Part shown: piece after piece, positions 61,488 to 64,000 of the stretch | Layout of the letters: each line of letters begins with the position of its first letter | Position numbering within the stretch: position 1 is the first letter of the stretch | NCBI GenBank assembly: GCA_963734535.1 | Contig: CAVTHS010000002.1 | Location: forward strand, 64,001-128,000 | From: an uncultured Chloroflexia bacterium | GTDB lineage: Bacteria; Chloroflexota; Limnocylindria; Limnocylindrales; CSP1-4 | Direction of reading: 5' to 3' | DNA length: 64,000 bases | Notes under the pieces: model-generated | Database searches by the model: none | Seen by the model: the letters and a program-made list of their open reading frames with translations, nothing else | Told to the model about the DNA's origin: nothing | Position numbers and translations under genes: made by a program

Positions 61488-61514
61488 AGATGCGAGCGAA
61501 CGCTGGCCGGTTCA
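61488..61514 (-). promoter_or_regulatory. Putative ECF autoregulatory leaderless promoter
   Basis: Minus strand TGAACC-N16-CATCT, 7 nt before ATG 61480. Confidence 0.55.
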
Positions 61515-61640
61515 ATCTTCGCCCGGACCGACGTCGGCGAGCGTGTCGGTACGCGAATCGGGCTATGTGCGAGCGTCGCCTGTTGCTGGCCGATGCGACC
61601 CGGAAATGCTGACTCGTTGTCACCGGGGTGCGGCCTGTCT

Positions 61641-61670
61641 GAGGTGCCAGAGCGGCCGCGAGACGACTCC
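61641..61670 (+). repeat. Third partial copy of the tRNA-Ser 5' end
   Basis: GAGGTGCCAGAGCGG (15 bp) matches the tRNA; 17 bp plus a downstream CGACTCC match the 42724 copy. Confidence 0.7.
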
Positions 61671-61772
61671 GTCGACGCCGAGCCCTATCCTATGGTCCGC
61701 ACCTGTGTTGGGAACCTTGCGTCAAGGGCCACGCCCGCCCAACCGGCGCACATTGAGCACGGATTCACACGC

Positions 61773-61859
<87 letters not shown>

Positions 61860-61998
61860 GTTCGCGCGCAGGAGCTGCGCATCGGCGCGTCCACCGTGTC
61901 GAGCATCGGGGCGCCCACCGTGGCGCGCCTGTCCGCCGCCTGACCGCGGACGCCCCAGGCGCGCCGACCGACCAGGCTTCCACGACAATCAGCCTCGC

Positions 61999-62937
61999 AT
62001 GGTCCGGCTGCCCGCGTTCGACATCTACCTGGAGCTCGGTCTCGCGCCGACAGCGGACCGGGCGCAGATTCGTGCGGCCTACCGGCAGGCGGCCAAGGAG
62101 GCGCATCCGGACGTCTCCGACACGGCCGGCTCCACGGCGCGGATGGCGCGCATCAACGCGGCGCGCGACGTGCTGCTCGACCACGACCGGCGCGCCGAGT
62201 ACGACCGCCAGCACGGCCTGCTGTCGCGCGCACCGACGCGTGCGCCACGAACGACTGGCCCGCGGACCGGCACGCGACGCAGGGCTGCGACCGCGGCGTC
62301 CGGCGATGGCGCGCCCGACCCACCGACCGAGGCGCGCGGCCGGCGCGGGCCACCGATCGCCGAGTGCCCGGTCTGCCCCTGGCCCGACCCGGCCGAGTTC
62401 GGGCATTGCGCGCTCGGCCACGAGGAGATGGCGCCGCGGTTCGGAGGTCCCCGACGGTTCCGGCTCGATCCGATCGAGCATGGCTCGGGCATGCCGTTCG
62501 GGTCTGCAGGCGAGGCCCGGGATCACGCGCGCACCTGCTCGTGGTTCGCCGCGACGCGCGCCGGTGGCGGGCGACCGACCGTGCTCGTGGGGTGGGGCGG
62601 GCGGGCCGAGTTCCCCGCCGTCGGGCGCATCCGCCAGCGCGACGGCGTCGCCCTCGACCCGGAGGTCGTGGCGGTCCTCGCGGCGTACGCCGACGAGGCC
62701 GCCGTGCGTGACGCGCTGGCCTATGCCGTGGCCGGCCGCGTGGTGCTGATGACGCGACATGGCGATCGGGTGCGGTCGATCGTGTGCGGTCGACACGCCT
62801 ACGCGGTCGAGCTCACGATCGGTTCGTCCGCTCCCGGCGCTCCGAGCCGGGCTTCATGCTCGTGCCCGAGCTGGCGTCCCGCCTGCAAGCACGTGCTGGC
62901 GACATGGCTGGTCTGGCACTACACGCGGCCGTCCTGA
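61999..62937 (+). CDS. J-domain protein with C-terminal SWIM-type zinc finger
   Basis: IRAAYRQAAKEAHPDV (HPD); CPVC..C..GH; CSCPSWRPACKHVLA. Confidence 0.8.
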   Translation: MVRLPAFDIYLELGLAPTADRAQIRAAYRQAAKEAHPDVSDTAGSTARMARINAARDVLLDHDRRAEYDRQHGLLSRAPTRAPRTTGPRTGTRRRAATAASGDGAPDPPTEARGRRGPPIAECPVCPWPDPAEFGHCALGHEEMAPRFGGPRRFRLDPIEHGSGMPFGSAGEARDHARTCSWFAATRAGGGRPTVLVGWGGRAEFPAVGRIRQRDGVALDPEVVAVLAAYADEAAVRDALAYAVAGRVVLMTRHGDRVRSIVCGRHAYAVELTIGSSAPGAPSRASCSCPSWRPACKHVLATWLVWHYTRPS

Positions 62938-63074
62938 CGCGACCGGCGGTGCGCCGGCTCCTGACCCGGCCCGCCGGAGCGCCGGCCGCTGACGAAGCCG
63001 CCCGGCACGCGGCGCCCCCGTCGCCCGGACCTGCGCGGCGCCAGACGCCCGTTCACACGCCAGGCGCCCGGCGC

Positions 63075-63104
63075 TTGACCATTTCCGGAGCGGCCCCGTA
63101 GACT
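63075..63104 (+). promoter_or_regulatory. Sigma70 promoter of the trp leader
   Basis: TTGACC-N18-TAGACT. Confidence 0.7.
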
Positions 63105-63121
63105 CCGCGGCAATTGAAGAC

Positions 63122-63415
63122 ATGGGCTGTGAACGGGACGAGTACCCGTCGCGCGCCAGCACAGAGACCCGGCGGTCGGTGGAAGACCGGGGTGGCGGCG
63201 ACGGCGAATGGACCCGGGAGCCTCCGGACCGAACGCGCGGGCAGGGCCCGCGCCAGTAGGCTCCGGCGCAGGGCGCCAGCGATAGCGGGCAGCGCCGATC
63301 GGACGAAGCAGCCGTCCCGTCGGTCACGTGAGCGCGGCAGTGCCGAAGTCGGGTGGCACCGCGGATGGTCAGACCGGCCGTTCGTCCCGAGTGGACGAAG
63401 GTCGGTTTCGTTGTC
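63122..63415 (+). ncRNA. T-box riboswitch (Trp specifier UGG)
   Basis: Stem I with AGTA and AGAGA boxes; GAA-TGG specifier at 63209-11; T-box AAGTCGGGTGGCACCGCG at ~63346-63363; terminator TTCGTCC/GGACGAA followed by TTTCGTTGT. Confidence 0.9.
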
Positions 63416-63433
63416 TCTGGAGGCCCGCGGACG

Positions 63434-64000
63434 ATGTCCACCCAGCACCCGCTCAGTCTCGGCGAGGTCAAGCGCCTCGCTGGCCGCGCGGACACGATCC
63501 GCCTCCGGGCGAGCCGCGACGCCGATCTCGAGACCCCGATCGGCGCGTTCCTCCGCCTGGACGACGGCGTCACGCCGGCCTACCTGCTCGAGTCGGTCGA
63601 GGGCGGCGAACGGCTCGGCCGGTACAGCTTCCTGGGGGTCGGGCCGCGGAGGCTCCTCGACGTGCGCGACGGCGTGGCCCGCATCCAGGATCGGCCCGTG
63701 GGCGTCACCGACTATGCGCCAGACCTTCCATCCACGACCTTCCCCGCCCCGGATCCGCTCGGCGCGTTGCGCGCATTCGTGCCCCGCCGGGCCGTCGAGC
63801 CCGGAGACGGGATGCCGCGATTCACGGGCGGCGCGGTGGGCGCGCTCGCCTACGACGCGGTCTCGGTCTTCGAGCCGACGGTCCCGCTCCCGTCGGCCGA
63901 CCCGGTCGGCGTCCCGCTCGCCAGCTTCATCGAGACGGATCTCGTCCTTGTCTTCGACCACCTGAGCCACGAGCTCAGCGCGATCGCATCGCTCCACACG
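63434..64000 (+). CDS. trpE: Anthranilate synthase component I (partial)
   Basis: Hand translation: MSTQHP...DLETPIGAFL...YLLESVEGGERLGRYSFLG...RFTGGAVGALAYD; downstream of the Trp T-box. Confidence 0.92.
   Translation, partial: MSTQHPLSLGEVKRLAGRADTIRLRASRDADLETPIGAFLRLDDGVTPAYLLESVEGGERLGRYSFLGVGPRRLLDVRDGVARIQDRPVGVTDYAPDLPSTTFPAPDPLGALRAFVPRRAVEPGDGMPRFTGGAVGALAYDAVSVFEPTVPLPSADPVGVPLASFIETDLVLVFDHLSHELSAIASLHT

Overview
High-GC bacterial chromosomal segment. Class I LysRS, a Trp T-box, many leaderless promoters and the gene content suggest Chloroflexota (inference). About 20 single-base frameshifts, including in coaBC and lepB, point to long-read indel error. Positions 1-42.7 kb are mostly housekeeping: GGT, MFS, DegV, gdhA, HPr/EI, ABC systems, coaX-coaBC-panB-panC, BMP nucleoside ABC, M16 peptidase, ndk, lepB, K+-independent HppA, uppP, argR, greA, lysS, serS and a GH73 hydrolase. 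Positions ~42.7-61.8 kb form an integrase-less accessory island bounded by copies of the 5' end of tRNA-Ser(TGA). It carries three signalling modules. (1) A BTAD-ATPase-TPR regulator with three matching CGTAACG-N4-NNGAACG boxes. These precede a SRPBCC gene, a membrane protein that ends in the first part of a GAF domain, and a separately promoted [rest-of-GAF]-PP2C-(HATPase) gene followed by two STAS genes, i.e. a putative split-GAF, sigma-less partner-switching system. (2) A SARP-BTAD-STAND-TM-BMP transmembrane one-component regulator with GTAGAGC-N4-GTAGAGC boxes before both neighbouring exported-protein genes. (3) An ECF sigma/anti-sigma pair. The window ends with tRNA-Ser, a J-domain/SWIM protein, a Trp T-box and the start of trpE.
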